A stretch of DNA of 64,000 nt. It comes from an uncultured delta proteobacterium. Lineage in GTDB: Bacteria > Desulfobacterota > RBG-13-43-22. The notes beneath the pieces are model-generated. The model did not search any database. It was not told the origin of the DNA and saw only the letters and a list, made by a program, of their open reading frames with translations. The translations under genes and the position numbers were made by a program. This document shows, piece by piece, positions 38,498 to 48,416 of the stretch (position 1 is the first letter of the stretch; the number at the start of each line of letters is the position of its first letter). The DNA is taken from the NCBI GenBank assembly GCA_963711835.1, contig CAVQFQ010000017.1:128001-192000 (forward strand). Direction: 5' to 3'.

Positions 38498-38594
38498 CCC
38501 GGCTGGAGTTTATCCCGCATTTGAAGCGGGACCGGGGTGACAACTCTGTAAAATAGAGCAATTCGTAAAGAAAAGTCCGATTAACGGATAAGTG

Positions 38595-39512
38595 TCAGGA
38601 AGTCTTTCTAAAGAGGTTTTGTAGTGCCCCTTCCAACTCCGGGAACTGGAATTGGAAGCCCAGGGAGAAGAGCCGGCGGGGCAGGACCTTTTGTCCCTGC
38701 AGCAGGACGTTGCCGAATTCGCCCATGATCAGCTTGAGCACAAAGCCGGGCACGGACGGCATAAAGGCGGGCTTCCCCAATACCCTGGCCAGGATCTTGG
38801 TCAGATCCTGATTTCGGACCGGATTTGGGGCGGTGCAGTTATAAGGTCCCGAGGCTTCTTTCTGCCCGATCAGGAAAAGCAGGCTGCGGCTCAGATCCTG
38901 CTGATGAATCCAGGAGAACCACTGCCTTCCGCTGCCCAGGGGACTGCCCAGGCCTTTTTTGAAGAGGGGGATCATCTGGTCCAAGGCCCCTCCCTTATCA
39001 CCCAGGACAATCCCGAAGCGGCAGCGAACAACCCGGACGCCAAAGGCTTCAGCCTTGAGGGCCTCGGCTTCCCAATCCCGGCACAAGACCGCCAGAAAGT
39101 CATTACCCGGCGGGTCTTCCTCGGTCAGTTCCTCATCGCCATGAAAGCCGTAGTAGCCGATGGCCGAAGTGCTTATCAAGACCCTCTCCCCTTCTTTTCC
39201 ACTGCCGATGGCTTCGACTAAGTTCCGGGTGGTCAGCAGGCGGCTGTCGCGCATCGCCTTTTTTTGTTCAACGGTCCAGCGGCTGAAGATGGAGGCCCCG
39301 GCCAGATTGATGAAGACGTCGTGCTCCGGCGTCTGTTGCTGCCAGGGGCCGGGCCGGGTAGGGTCCCCTTCCAGGAAGGAGGCCCCCGGGGGCAGGGAAC
39401 GGCCCGGCTTGATAGCCCGGGTAAGCAAGGTTACCTGATGGCCCTGCTCGGTCAGATTTCGGGTAAGATGGGTGCCTACAAAGCCGGTCCCGCCGGTGAT
39501 AAAGATTTTCAT
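38595..39512 (-). CDS. TIGR01777/YfcH-family NAD-dependent epimerase-like protein
   Basis: ITGGTGFVG, INLAGA, SAIGYYG, GSGRQWFSWIH, GQKVLP. Confidence 0.93.
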   Translation of the reverse strand: MKIFITGGTGFVGTHLTRNLTEQGHQVTLLTRAIKPGRSLPPGASFLEGDPTRPGPWQQQTPEHDVFINLAGASIFSRWTVEQKKAMRDSRLLTTRNLVEAIGSGKEGERVLISTSAIGYYGFHGDEELTEEDPPGNDFLAVLCRDWEAEALKAEAFGVRVVRCRFGIVLGDKGGALDQMIPLFKKGLGSPLGSGRQWFSWIHQQDLSRSLLFLIGQKEASGPYNCTAPNPVRNQDLTKILARVLGKPAFMPSVPGFVLKLIMGEFGNVLLQGQKVLPRRLFSLGFQFQFPELEGALQNLFRKTS

Positions 39513-39642
39513 GGTCAAAATTTTAATCACTTTCTGGAAGAATGCAATCTTTTTAACCGGCTTCCCTTAAACAAAAATATGACTTGACTGGTTATGATAA
39601 TTTGACCATAATAGTCATAAAATAGAAAAGGAAAAAGAACCC

Positions 39643-39932
39643 ATGAAAAGTGCAGCCATATCGGAATTAAAGGCCCGCCTGAGTGACTATTTAAATCAAG
39701 TCAAAAGCGGTACGGAGGTTTTGGTCACCGACAGGGGAAAACCGGTGGCTCGAATCATTCCGGTTTCCGGAAAAAAACGCCCCAGAAGTTCACTCGATAA
39801 GATGGAAAAACAGGGATTAGTCAAACTGGGCTCCGGCAAACTTCCAAGGGATTTCTGGGCCAGGTGAGACCTAAAGATCCCCAAGGGCTGGTATTGAAGG
39901 CCCTGCTTGAAGAACGGGAAACAGGACGATGA
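39643..39932 (+). CDS. Phd/YefM family antitoxin; frameshift near 39863
   Basis: ISELKARLSDYL..VKSG.EVLVTDRGKPVARIIP; shifted frame ends VLKALLEERETGR*, overlapping the toxin ATG. Confidence 0.88.
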
Positions 39933-40360
39933 AATTCTGGGATTCTTCAGCGATCATTCCGCTATGCCTGAATGAATCCAATTCCGAAACAGTAATGAGA
40001 CTTGATTAAGGGCGATGAAGACATGATCGTTTGGTGGGCTACCCGCATAGAATGCCTATCTGCTTTGGCACGACGGCGCCGGGAAGGGGTCCTGCTGTTG
40101 AAGCAGAAGTCGCAGCCAAGACCGTACTATCCGGTTAATTGAGAGCATGGTCTGAGGTTCTCCCGAGCGAACAGGTACGACAAAGGGCGGAAAGACTACT
40201 ATCCGTCCATCCCCTCAGGGCCGCTGACGCCTTACAACTCGCAGCGGCTTTGGTCTGGGCGGAAGAGATGCCCCAGGGCCTCGGGCTGGTCTGTCTGGAT
40301 CAAAATCTGCGGGAAGCAGCCCATAAAGAGGGCTTTGAGGTCCTTCCATTTCTGTCTTGA
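39929..40360 (+). pseudogene. vapC: VapC PIN-domain toxin, several frameshifts
   Basis: MKFWDSSAIIPL, IVWWATRIECLSALAR, HPLRAADALQLAAAL, VCLDQNLREAA spread over frames. Confidence 0.85.
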
Positions 40361-40362
40361 TT

Positions 40363-40471
40363 CAAATTCGAATGATCGAATTTCGAAATCCGAAACGTTT
40401 TTGTTTTGATCATTTGGATTTTGAATCTTCGGGCTTGTTTCGGATTTCGTGCTTCGAATTTCGGATTTATA
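40363..40471. repeat. Heptad-periodic palindromic intergenic repeat (copy B)
   Basis: Aligns with 18483-18590 (shared gaaacgtttttgttttgatcattt and cttgtttcggatttcgtgcttcg). Confidence 0.8.
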
Positions 40472-40474
40472 GAC

Positions 40475-41212
40475 CTATTGTAATATCTCTCCCCGAACGC
40501 CGATAACTTTTTCCGTTAGAGGGATTTTTTTACCCGAGGCTTCCAGTGCTTTTCTGACCAGCCAGGGCAGGCCGGAGCAGCAGGGCACTTCCATGACCAC
40601 CGTGGTAATGCTTTTGAGACCGGCGGTTTTGAAGATCTCGGTGAACTTTTCAATATATTCCCTTACGTCGTCGAACTTCGGGCAGCCCATCATGACCACC
40701 TTGCCCTTGAGAAAATCCTGATGAAAATCGGGATAAGCCAGGGGGGTGCAGTCGGCTACTACCACCAGGTCGGCGCCTTTTAGAAAAGGGGCGGTCGGCG
40801 GCACCAGTTTGATCTGGACCGGCCAATGGGTCAGGGCTGAAGTCTGCTTGATTGGGGCCTGGCCGGCAGCGGCCCCGGTGGCCGGACCGGGTTGGATAAA
40901 ACTCTGAAGTTGCGAGGAGGGGCAGCCGGGAAAGGAAGGCATCTCAAGCGGTTTTTCTTCCGAAGGTCTATCCTTCAGATATTCTTCTACGGCCTGCTCG
41001 TCGAAGTCGTCGGCATCCCGTTCAATGATATGCAGGGCGTCATTGGGACACTCACCAAGACAGGCCCCCAAACCGTCGCAGTATTTCTCGGCTGCCAACC
41101 GAGCCTTGCCGTCGATCACCTGGATGGCCCCCTCGGCACAGGACGGGACACACAGACCGCAGCCGTCGCAGCGTTCCGGATCAATTTCAATAATCTTGCG
41201 TTTGACTTTCAT
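40475..41212 (-). CDS. 4Fe-4S dicluster protein associated with hcp
   Basis: CDGCGLCVPSCAEGAI, CDGLGACLGECP, WPVQIKL, GCPKFDD, MEVPCCSGL. Confidence 0.9.
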   Translation of the reverse strand: MKVKRKIIEIDPERCDGCGLCVPSCAEGAIQVIDGKARLAAEKYCDGLGACLGECPNDALHIIERDADDFDEQAVEEYLKDRPSEEKPLEMPSFPGCPSSQLQSFIQPGPATGAAAGQAPIKQTSALTHWPVQIKLVPPTAPFLKGADLVVVADCTPLAYPDFHQDFLKGKVVMMGCPKFDDVREYIEKFTEIFKTAGLKSITTVVMEVPCCSGLPWLVRKALEASGKKIPLTEKVIGVRGEILQ

Positions 41213-41277
41213 AAAGACTCCTAACAGGCATAGCGCATAGGGCAAAGGGCAGAGAGGCCCTATGCCCTTTGCATTTT

Positions 41278-42012
41278 TTAAGTTGTTTTCAGCAAAACTG
41301 CTCTGGCCAATTCCCGGCCGCTGTCCGTTAAAAAGGATTTATCAATGATGGCGGCCAACCTCTCCGGGCTCGAGGTCCGTTCTTTCTGATTTTCCTCCAG
41401 GTTGACGATCAAGTCGGCGTCGTAAAGGGCCTTGAAGTTGGTCGTCTCTTCGGCCCTGGGATGATGGTGATGGCCGACAATGTCGCAAACCTCTTCTATC
41501 AGCGGCTCCCGGGCCTTTAACTTGCCGAGGATATCTCGGGCAATAGGCGGGCCTTCCTCTTCCTGGTATTTGGCGGCCGTGCTCTGATATTTCTTTTCAG
41601 CTTCCTTAATGCCGATATCGTGCAGATAGGCGGCCGGCAGGATGACCGCCAGGTTGCCCTTTTCTTTCTTGCCGATTTCTTCCGCATACCGGGCCACCCG
41701 GGTGGCATGCCCGATGCGTTTAAAGTCCGTTCCGAAATAGCGTTTCATTTCTATGGCCACCCGGTCTTTAAGCAGATCTTCTTTCTGGGCCATCAACTCC
41801 GGGGGCAGGTCTCCCAGACATTGCTCGGCATACTGGCAGTAGGAGGCACAGCCGAAATCCATTTTGGGATTCAGGATGCGCTGGCCGCAGGATTTGCAGC
41901 GCCGGGTGGTGTCATCCTTGAAAAATTCCAGCTCCTGGCCGCAGTGAGGACATTGGGTCTCAAAAATAGAGCCGGGCTTCCAGTAACGGCTGTCTTGTCC
42001 GGGGCATTTCAT
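41278..42012 (-). CDS. HD-domain phosphohydrolase with Cys-rich N-terminus
   Basis: MKCPGQD, CPHC, CKSC, CASYC..C; GHATRV, LHDIG, GHHH, LYDAD. Confidence 0.88.
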   Translation of the reverse strand: MKCPGQDSRYWKPGSIFETQCPHCGQELEFFKDDTTRRCKSCGQRILNPKMDFGCASYCQYAEQCLGDLPPELMAQKEDLLKDRVAIEMKRYFGTDFKRIGHATRVARYAEEIGKKEKGNLAVILPAAYLHDIGIKEAEKKYQSTAAKYQEEEGPPIARDILGKLKAREPLIEEVCDIVGHHHHPRAEETTNFKALYDADLIVNLEENQKERTSSPERLAAIIDKSFLTDSGRELARAVLLKTT

Positions 42013-42084
42013 TTTGTTGCTTCTTTCTGATTAAGCAATAAGAAAAGTTTCTTCAGTAAAAGAGTTTCTCAAATTCCGAGAGCA

Positions 42085-42165
42085 AGGATTAAGGGGTCAA
42101 GGGTCCAAGGGGCCGGTTGGAAGGTCCTTCACTTGGACCCTCGAACCCTCGGGTCCTTGAATCCT
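42085..42165. repeat. 8-bp-periodic palindromic intergenic repeat
   Basis: aggattaaggggtcaagggtccaag...cttggaccctcgaaccctcgggtccttgaatcct; related copy at 52697-52780. Confidence 0.65.
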
Positions 42166-42173
42166 GTTTTGCT

Positions 42174-43801
42174 CTACCCCAAGATGGCTTTCAGGTCCGC
42201 CTCCGGGGTGCTGATGGGCATGATGTTGAAATTCTTCACCAGGACATCCAGCACATTGGGGGTGATGAAGGCCGGCAGGGAAGGCCCTAAGCGGATATTC
42301 TTGATGCCCAGATAGAACAGGGTCAGCAGGATGGCCACGGCCTTTTGCTCGTACCAGGACAGGATCATCGACAGGGGCAGATCATTCACCCCGACATTAA
42401 AGGCCTTGGACAGGGCCACGGCGATCTGGATGGCCGAGTAGGCATCGTTGCACTGGCCCACGTCCAGCAGGCGGGGGATGCCTCCGATATCGCCGAGGTC
42501 CTTATCAAAAAAGCGGAACTTGCCGCAGGCCAGGGTCAGGATGACGGTGTCCTTTGGGGCCATCTCGGCAAACTGGGTGTAATAGTTTCTCCCCGGTTTG
42601 GCGCCGTCACAGCCGGCGACCAGGAAGAAGTGACGGATGGCCTTGTTTTTAACGGCCTCGATGACCTTATCGGCCACGCCCATGACGGCATTTCTTCCAA
42701 AGCCGCAGGTGACCGATTTCCCGTTGCTGTTCTCGGTGAAACCGGGCAGGGACAGGGCTTTTTCGATCACCGGGGTAAAATTCTTATCGGCAATATGGGT
42801 GACCCCGGGCCAGCCGACCAGACCGGTGGTAAAGATATTGCCCTGGTAGGATTCCTTGGGCTTTTGAATGCAGTTGGTGGTCATGAGGATGGCCCCGGGA
42901 AATTGGGCGAATTCCCGGGTCTGATTCTGCCAGGCCGTCCCGTAATGTCCGTAAAAATGGGCATATTTTTTTAACCCCGGGTAGGCGTGGGTGGGAAGCA
43001 TTTCCCCGTGGGTATAAACAAAAATTCCCTTGCCTTCGGTCTGTTTGAGGATCTCTTCCAGATCCTTCAAATCATGGCCTGAAACCAAAATGGCCTTGCC
43101 TTTCTTGGCCCCGAGGGGAACTTTAGTAGGTACCGGATGGCCGTAGGTGCCGGTATTGGCCGCATCCAGAAGTTCCATGGCCCTTAAGTTGATCTCACCG
43201 CACTTCAATACCAGCCCGACCCAGTCATTCAAGGTTAAGGTTTTATTTAAGGGCGCAGCCAGTCCTTCGTGGATAAAGGCATAGACCTTTTCGTCTTCCT
43301 GTCCCAGGATCCGGGCATGATCGGCATAGGCCGCTACCCCTTTAATCCCGAAGGTAACGGTCCATTGCAGGCCATGGATATCGCGGTCGGTGGTGGTATC
43401 GGACTGAATCCCCACTCCCTCTCCCTGCTTGACCAGTTCTTCCTGAGTGGCCGCCGGCTGCAGCCTGGCCGGTCCGTCCGAAAAATCCCCTTTTCCTCCG
43501 GCGGCCTTTACCTTGGCCTTGAGATCCTCACGAAGCGCGACCGTTCGTTTGATCAGGGTAATCAACCGCTCCGGATCAAAATCCACATTGGTGAGGGTGG
43601 AAAAAGTGGCCTCGCAGGTAAAGACATTAACGGCCCGGTCGCTGAGACCGACTTTCCTTCCTTCCACGGCTACCAGGGAAAGACCCCTGAGGGCATAAAT
43701 CAGAAGGTCCTGAAGGGCCGCCACCTCGGGCTGCTTGCCGCAGACACCCACTCGGTACAGCCGGTTCCTTTTGCTGTTTGTTCACATTGATAACAAAACA
43801 T
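42174..43801 (-). CDS. hcp: Hybrid cluster protein (hydroxylamine/NO reductase); frameshift near 43752
   Basis: MFCYQCEQTAKGTGCT / GVCGK, SGHDL, YTHGEMLP, TTNC, GCDG, LACGK, GQCNDAYSA, SWYEQKA. Confidence 0.97.
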
Positions 43802-43859
43802 ACCATCTTCTCCTTTCGGTTTTCGGATAATTTCTCATTTGGCTTAAATCGATGGCTTA

Positions 43860-43902
43860 ACTATAAGCATTGGATTTCGGAAAGCCATTGACTTAAGTCA
43901 AT
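43860..43902 (-). promoter_or_regulatory. FNR/Dnr/HcpR-type binding site and -10 box of the hcp promoter
   Basis: Perfect palindrome ATTGAC-TTAA-GTCAAT 43887-43902; TATAGT on the minus strand at 43865-43860 places the site near -41.5. Confidence 0.8.
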
Positions 43903-43931
43903 AAAAGATTTTTTTTCTAAAAATAGAGTTT

Positions 43932-44296
43932 GTCCCAAAGTTACGTGATTTTTAAGCCATCCATTCATAGAGGGCTTCAGGGGTCTTGATTTCAAGGTTG
44001 TCCGAAAGGGTATCCGTAGCCCCAAACTGGGATCCACTCCGCAGGAGTGGGACTGAGCATTGTTTTGGATGCGAAGAACCCGGCCAGAATTTCTAAGTTG
44101 GTTGGGAGCCGGGCATTCACCTAAGACGATAAATCGCCTTGGTGTTGGCCTGTTTCAAAATCCCATTATAAACTTCCTGCCCGGGTTCAGGCTGTTGGCG
44201 TTTTGGCGGACAATCCTTGAAATCAAGACCCCTGAAGCCCTTTGGTAATATTTAAGAGGCTACCCCTTCGGTTTGAGAATTACGTAACTTTGGGAC
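43932..44296. repeat. Non-coding element copy 3: nested inverted repeats (outer MITE-like 27 bp, inner 34-35 bp) around a structured core
   Basis: Outer gtcccaaagttacgt.. 43932-43958 / 44270-44296 (23/27); inner 43971-44004 / 44207-44241 (one bulge); core shares ccggcc.gaat..ctaagtt, gagc.gggcattcacc and ggtgt.ggcctg with copy 1. Confidence 0.85.
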
Positions 44297-44338
44297 TATC
44301 CTAAAAAATAGGTTCTTCTCCCGACAACCCGGGAGAAA

Positions 44339-45379
44339 TTATGTTAGAGGCTTCTCTTCTCGAAGGTGAACAATACGCTGGGGGAAAGGAATTTCGATAT
44401 CTTCGTCCTTAAAGCGCTTAAAGATTCTTTTTCGCAATTCATGCTGGACGGAAAATTGATCGGAAACATCCTGAATCTGGCAAATAAGGGTGAAATCCAG
44501 CCAACTTTCCCCAAAACCCGGTGCAAATCTGACTTCGGCCTGGGTTTCTTCGATCAGCCCCGTGACCTCTCCGGCGGCCTTGGCGCATTCATCCAAAAGG
44601 ATCCTTTCGATTTTCTCCGGATCGGAATCATAACCGACATGAATAGGTATCGAGATGGCCATCTTTTTTTCCGGCAAATGGTAATTGATTACGACGCTTT
44701 GGGAAAGTTTGCTGTTGGGAATGACCACTATGGTGTTGGCCGGCATCTTGATCCGGGTGGTCCTCCAGGTGATGTCCATGACCTGGCCTTCCTGCCCGGA
44801 TTCGAGGCGGATAAAATCGCCGATGCGGATGGACTTTTCCAACAGGATATGGATTCCGGCAAAGAGATTGGACAGGGTATCCTGAAGAGCCAGGGCCACG
44901 GCCAGTCCGCCGACGCCCAAAGCGGTTAGAAGGGGGGCGATGGAAACGCCCAAAGCCGTCAGGATAATTAAAAAACCGATAATAAAAACAGACCCTTTGA
45001 GGATACTGTAGGCCAGGCCGGTAGCGGGTATGGGGAGCTGGGTTTTATGGATATAATTTTTGTACAGTCCCCCCACCAGGTTGGCCAGGGCGATGGTGAG
45101 AGTTAATATGATTATGCAATAAATGGTTTTGTTGAAGTAAGGAAGGTAATGGTCCGGAAGGTCCGATATCCCGACTCCCAAAAAGAGGCCAATGGATAGA
45201 CACCCATAAAGGGAAGGGGTCCTAAAAACGGCGATAAACAGGTCATCGAAAGTGTTTTGGGTGCGTTGGGCCCAGCGGTGGAGGAGATGGAAAAGGATTT
45301 TGCGAAGAATCAGGAGGACTATGATGGAACCCAGGATCACCAGGCTGGGGGTGATCAGATAGGGAAGGGCTTGGACCAT
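44339..45379 (-). CDS. MscS family mechanosensitive channel
   Basis: LGVGGLAVALALQDTLSNLFAG, IRIGDFI, G.V.DITWRTT, IPNSKL, IEIPFPQR. Confidence 0.93.
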   Translation of the reverse strand: MVQALPYLITPSLVILGSIIVLLILRKILFHLLHRWAQRTQNTFDDLFIAVFRTPSLYGCLSIGLFLGVGISDLPDHYLPYFNKTIYCIIILTLTIALANLVGGLYKNYIHKTQLPIPATGLAYSILKGSVFIIGFLIILTALGVSIAPLLTALGVGGLAVALALQDTLSNLFAGIHILLEKSIRIGDFIRLESGQEGQVMDITWRTTRIKMPANTIVVIPNSKLSQSVVINYHLPEKKMAISIPIHVGYDSDPEKIERILLDECAKAAGEVTGLIEETQAEVRFAPGFGESWLDFTLICQIQDVSDQFSVQHELRKRIFKRFKDEDIEIPFPQRIVHLREEKPLT

Positions 45380-45764
45380 GGATCCTCCTCGGTGTCAGGT
45401 TCCAGGAGTTCTCGATAAAGCCGAGGTAAACCCTCCTGAGAGCCTCTTATGGTAGCATGATTTATGGCTTCAGGTCTAATAAGAAAATGCAGAAGTTTTT
45501 AACGCCCGAAGGGCCTGACGGGAGCATGGCGGCAGGTCGCCGCTCGGCTGAGCTCGCCGCATGCCGCCATGCTGTCTGTACTACTAATGTGCAATTTCTT
45601 TAAATTTTGTTTTTATATTTCAAAACCAGATCGATGTTATTTGTATTTTTTATCCAAATGAGGTAAATACTACATTAGTTTTCGGGTAAAAAAATACAAA
45701 TAATTTCAACGGCTCCCTGCCTCCGGGGCGGTTTATTTTCAGATTTCAAAAAGGGGATAACCCT

Positions 45765-46988
45765 ATGCCATCCACCAGAATAAAGATGCTTTCAGTCCTG
45801 TGGGGCTGTATCTTTTTTATATTAGTCAGTCTCCTGCCGGGTTCTTCCCGGGCGGATAAGAAGGTGGTGAAATTAGGATTTGTGGCGGATATTACCGGAC
45901 CGGGCTTTTTAATCGCCCTGGCCCAGAAAAATGCCCTTCAACTCGGCCAGGAGGAGATCAATTCCACCGGCGGCCTGCTGGGGCGCAAGGTGGAGATGAT
46001 CATTCAGGACTCCCAGTTAAAACCGGAGTTGGCGGCGGCCCTGGCCCGGGAGATGATTCTCCGGGATAAGGTCGATTTTATGATCGGACCGACCAGTCCT
46101 TCCGTGGCCCTGGCGGTGTCCATGGTCTGCAGGGAATATAAAAAATTAATCTGCTTTCACAGTGCCGGCAATGAAAACCTTACGGTCGAACAGGGGCACC
46201 GGTATTTATATCAGGTGATACCGAACACCTATATGGAAGGGCAGGCCGCAGCCACTTTTCTCTTTAAAAAAGGCTTTAAAAAGATCGCCATCATAGGACC
46301 GGACGTTGACTACGGGCACATGGTGGCGGCGGCCTTTAAAAAACGCCTGGCTGATCTTAGTCCCTCGGTCCAGGTCGTCAAGGAGCTTTGGCCCAGAATC
46401 GGGGAACCAGGCTATGTCGGTTCGATCCATACCTTATTATCCGGCGGTCAGGATGCCGTATTCTCCCTTCTCTGGGGCGGCGATCTGGCCAACTTTATCC
46501 GCCAGGCCAAACCGCTCGGCTTTTTCCAAAGGGTTCCCTTTCTCGGAATGATTGATTACGACCTCCTGAAAGGGTTGGGCGTGGAAATGATCCCTAACCT
46601 CTACGGGTTTGACCGGGCTCCTTTTTACGCCCTAAGCAACCCTCAGATGAAGGCCTTTGTGGAAAAGTATAAAACCCGGACCGGGGAATACCCCTCGGCC
46701 TGGGCTATTATGGCCTACGACGGACTGATGGCCCTCAGAAAGGCCGTTGAAAAAGCCAAGTCCCTGGATACCGAAAAAGTCATCGATGCCCTGGAGGGGC
46801 TGCAATGGGATTCCCTGCGGGGGCCCCTGACCATCCGGCCTTTTGATCATCTGGCCGGCGCCGGTACCTATTTCGGGATAACGGTTAAGGACCCCAAATA
46901 CTCTTTTTATATCATGCGGGAGGTGGTCTATTTCCCGGGAAACGACCTCTGGCATCTGGTAGAGGAGATCAAGAGCCTGAGAAAATAA
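45765..46988 (+). CDS. LivJ/LivK-type periplasmic substrate-binding protein (orphan)
   Basis: Signal peptide, VKLGFVADITG, EEINSTGGLLGRKVE...DSQLKP, AYDG. Confidence 0.88.
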   Translation: MPSTRIKMLSVLWGCIFFILVSLLPGSSRADKKVVKLGFVADITGPGFLIALAQKNALQLGQEEINSTGGLLGRKVEMIIQDSQLKPELAAALAREMILRDKVDFMIGPTSPSVALAVSMVCREYKKLICFHSAGNENLTVEQGHRYLYQVIPNTYMEGQAAATFLFKKGFKKIAIIGPDVDYGHMVAAAFKKRLADLSPSVQVVKELWPRIGEPGYVGSIHTLLSGGQDAVFSLLWGGDLANFIRQAKPLGFFQRVPFLGMIDYDLLKGLGVEMIPNLYGFDRAPFYALSNPQMKAFVEKYKTRTGEYPSAWAIMAYDGLMALRKAVEKAKSLDTEKVIDALEGLQWDSLRGPLTIRPFDHLAGAGTYFGITVKDPKYSFYIMREVVYFPGNDLWHLVEEIKSLRK

Positions 46989-46997
46989 GGAGGGGGG

Positions 46998-48416
46998 ATG
47001 ACCCAACTTAAAAAACTCATCGACCGGATCATCAACCGGGTGAATATCAACTTGAGGGAACCGGCTTTTGATGTGGGTCCTTACCTGCGCCACCTGATTC
47101 CTTATAATAAGTTCGTCAAGTTCTATGCCTTTTACGGCCTTAGCGCCCATCACCCGCTCCTGTTTCGTTTCAGCCAATCCAGCCTGGCCGGAAGCTATTT
47201 CCTGGGCAAATGTATTGTGGACTATTCCGTCCTTTATAAAAGCGATATCCGGGGGGATGAATTGAAAAGCCGGGGGGATGTCTATCGCTATCAAAACCTG
47301 GATATCCCCCTGCACGACAATGAAGTCATTCATATCAAGGACAGTTTTTTAATAAAGACCCTGGTCCATAACTTTTCCCATGACCCGGAAAATCTGGAGG
47401 AATTCCTGATCCAGAACACCGCCGCCCTTCATTATGCCAACATTCACGGGGCCACCGTGGAAGGGTGCTTTCTGGGTCCGTTCAGCACCATTGATCTGAC
47501 CACCGTCCATGACTGTGTTATCGGGACCTATGCCTATGTGCAGGTGGGGGAACTGGCCCATCATCTGGTGGAGCCGGGAAGGATCTGGGTGCGAAGCGGG
47601 GAGCGCTTTGATTTTCAGTATCAATTCCCCCAGGAGGTCTTAGACCGCTATATCCTCTGCCGACCCGGCAAATTAATACGGGGGCGGTTCATAGATTTTA
47701 TCAACAGTAAAAAACAGGATTTTCAAAAGGTTTTTGAGGTCCATCCCCGGCCTTCCATTCCGGTGCCCTCCGGAGCGGTTTTAAATCATTATGCCGTGGT
47801 CAAAGGCGAGACCCGGCTTCACGAAAACGTGCTGGTGGCCCAGAGGGCTTATCTGGAAAACGCCTGGTTGGGCCCGGGGGCCAATGCCCAGGAGAATTGC
47901 TATATCCTTAATTCCCGCCTGGAGGGCTTCAACGTGACGGCCCACGGTGGAAAGATTTTTCATGCCCGTTTGGGGAAAAAGGTCTTTGTCGGGTTCAACG
48001 CCTGTCTTTCCGGCAGTTCCGATAAACCGCTGGCCATTGGGGACGGCAGCATCATCATGCCGCATACCATCATTGATCTGGAAGAACCGGTCACGATCCC
48101 ATCCGGACAGTTAGTCTGGGGGTTTATCCGGAACCGGCAGGACCTGAAAGACCACAGCCTTTCCCTGGAGGCATTTTCCAGGATCCGGGGCGAATTTCAG
48201 CAAGGGGCCATGCAGTTTAAAGGCCTGGGGGAGGAATTCGTCCAGGCCTTTGTTCGTCGCATCGAACATATCCTTGAGGCCAACGGGGCCTACTTTGACG
48301 GAAAGAAAAACCGGGGTCACGCCCAGAAAAATCAGGATATATCCTTTAATACCATCCAGCCTTACACGAGGGGCGCCCTGAAAGGGCTGTATCCCACCAT
48401 AGAAATACGACCTTAA
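46998..48416 (+). CDS. Hexapeptide-repeat (left-handed beta-helix) transferase / gamma-carbonic-anhydrase-like protein
   Basis: NIHGATVEGCFLGPFSTIDLTTVHDCVIG and AHGGKIFHARLGKKVFVGFNA..IGDGSIIMPH repeats. Confidence 0.65.
   Translation: MTQLKKLIDRIINRVNINLREPAFDVGPYLRHLIPYNKFVKFYAFYGLSAHHPLLFRFSQSSLAGSYFLGKCIVDYSVLYKSDIRGDELKSRGDVYRYQNLDIPLHDNEVIHIKDSFLIKTLVHNFSHDPENLEEFLIQNTAALHYANIHGATVEGCFLGPFSTIDLTTVHDCVIGTYAYVQVGELAHHLVEPGRIWVRSGERFDFQYQFPQEVLDRYILCRPGKLIRGRFIDFINSKKQDFQKVFEVHPRPSIPVPSGAVLNHYAVVKGETRLHENVLVAQRAYLENAWLGPGANAQENCYILNSRLEGFNVTAHGGKIFHARLGKKVFVGFNACLSGSSDKPLAIGDGSIIMPHTIIDLEEPVTIPSGQLVWGFIRNRQDLKDHSLSLEAFSRIRGEFQQGAMQFKGLGEEFVQAFVRRIEHILEANGAYFDGKKNRGHAQKNQDISFNTIQPYTRGALKGLYPTIEIRP

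Noticed and set aside
45498-45580. Integron attC site
   Set aside because: There is no convincing RYYYAAC...GTTRRRY pair, no cassette ORF and no integrase.
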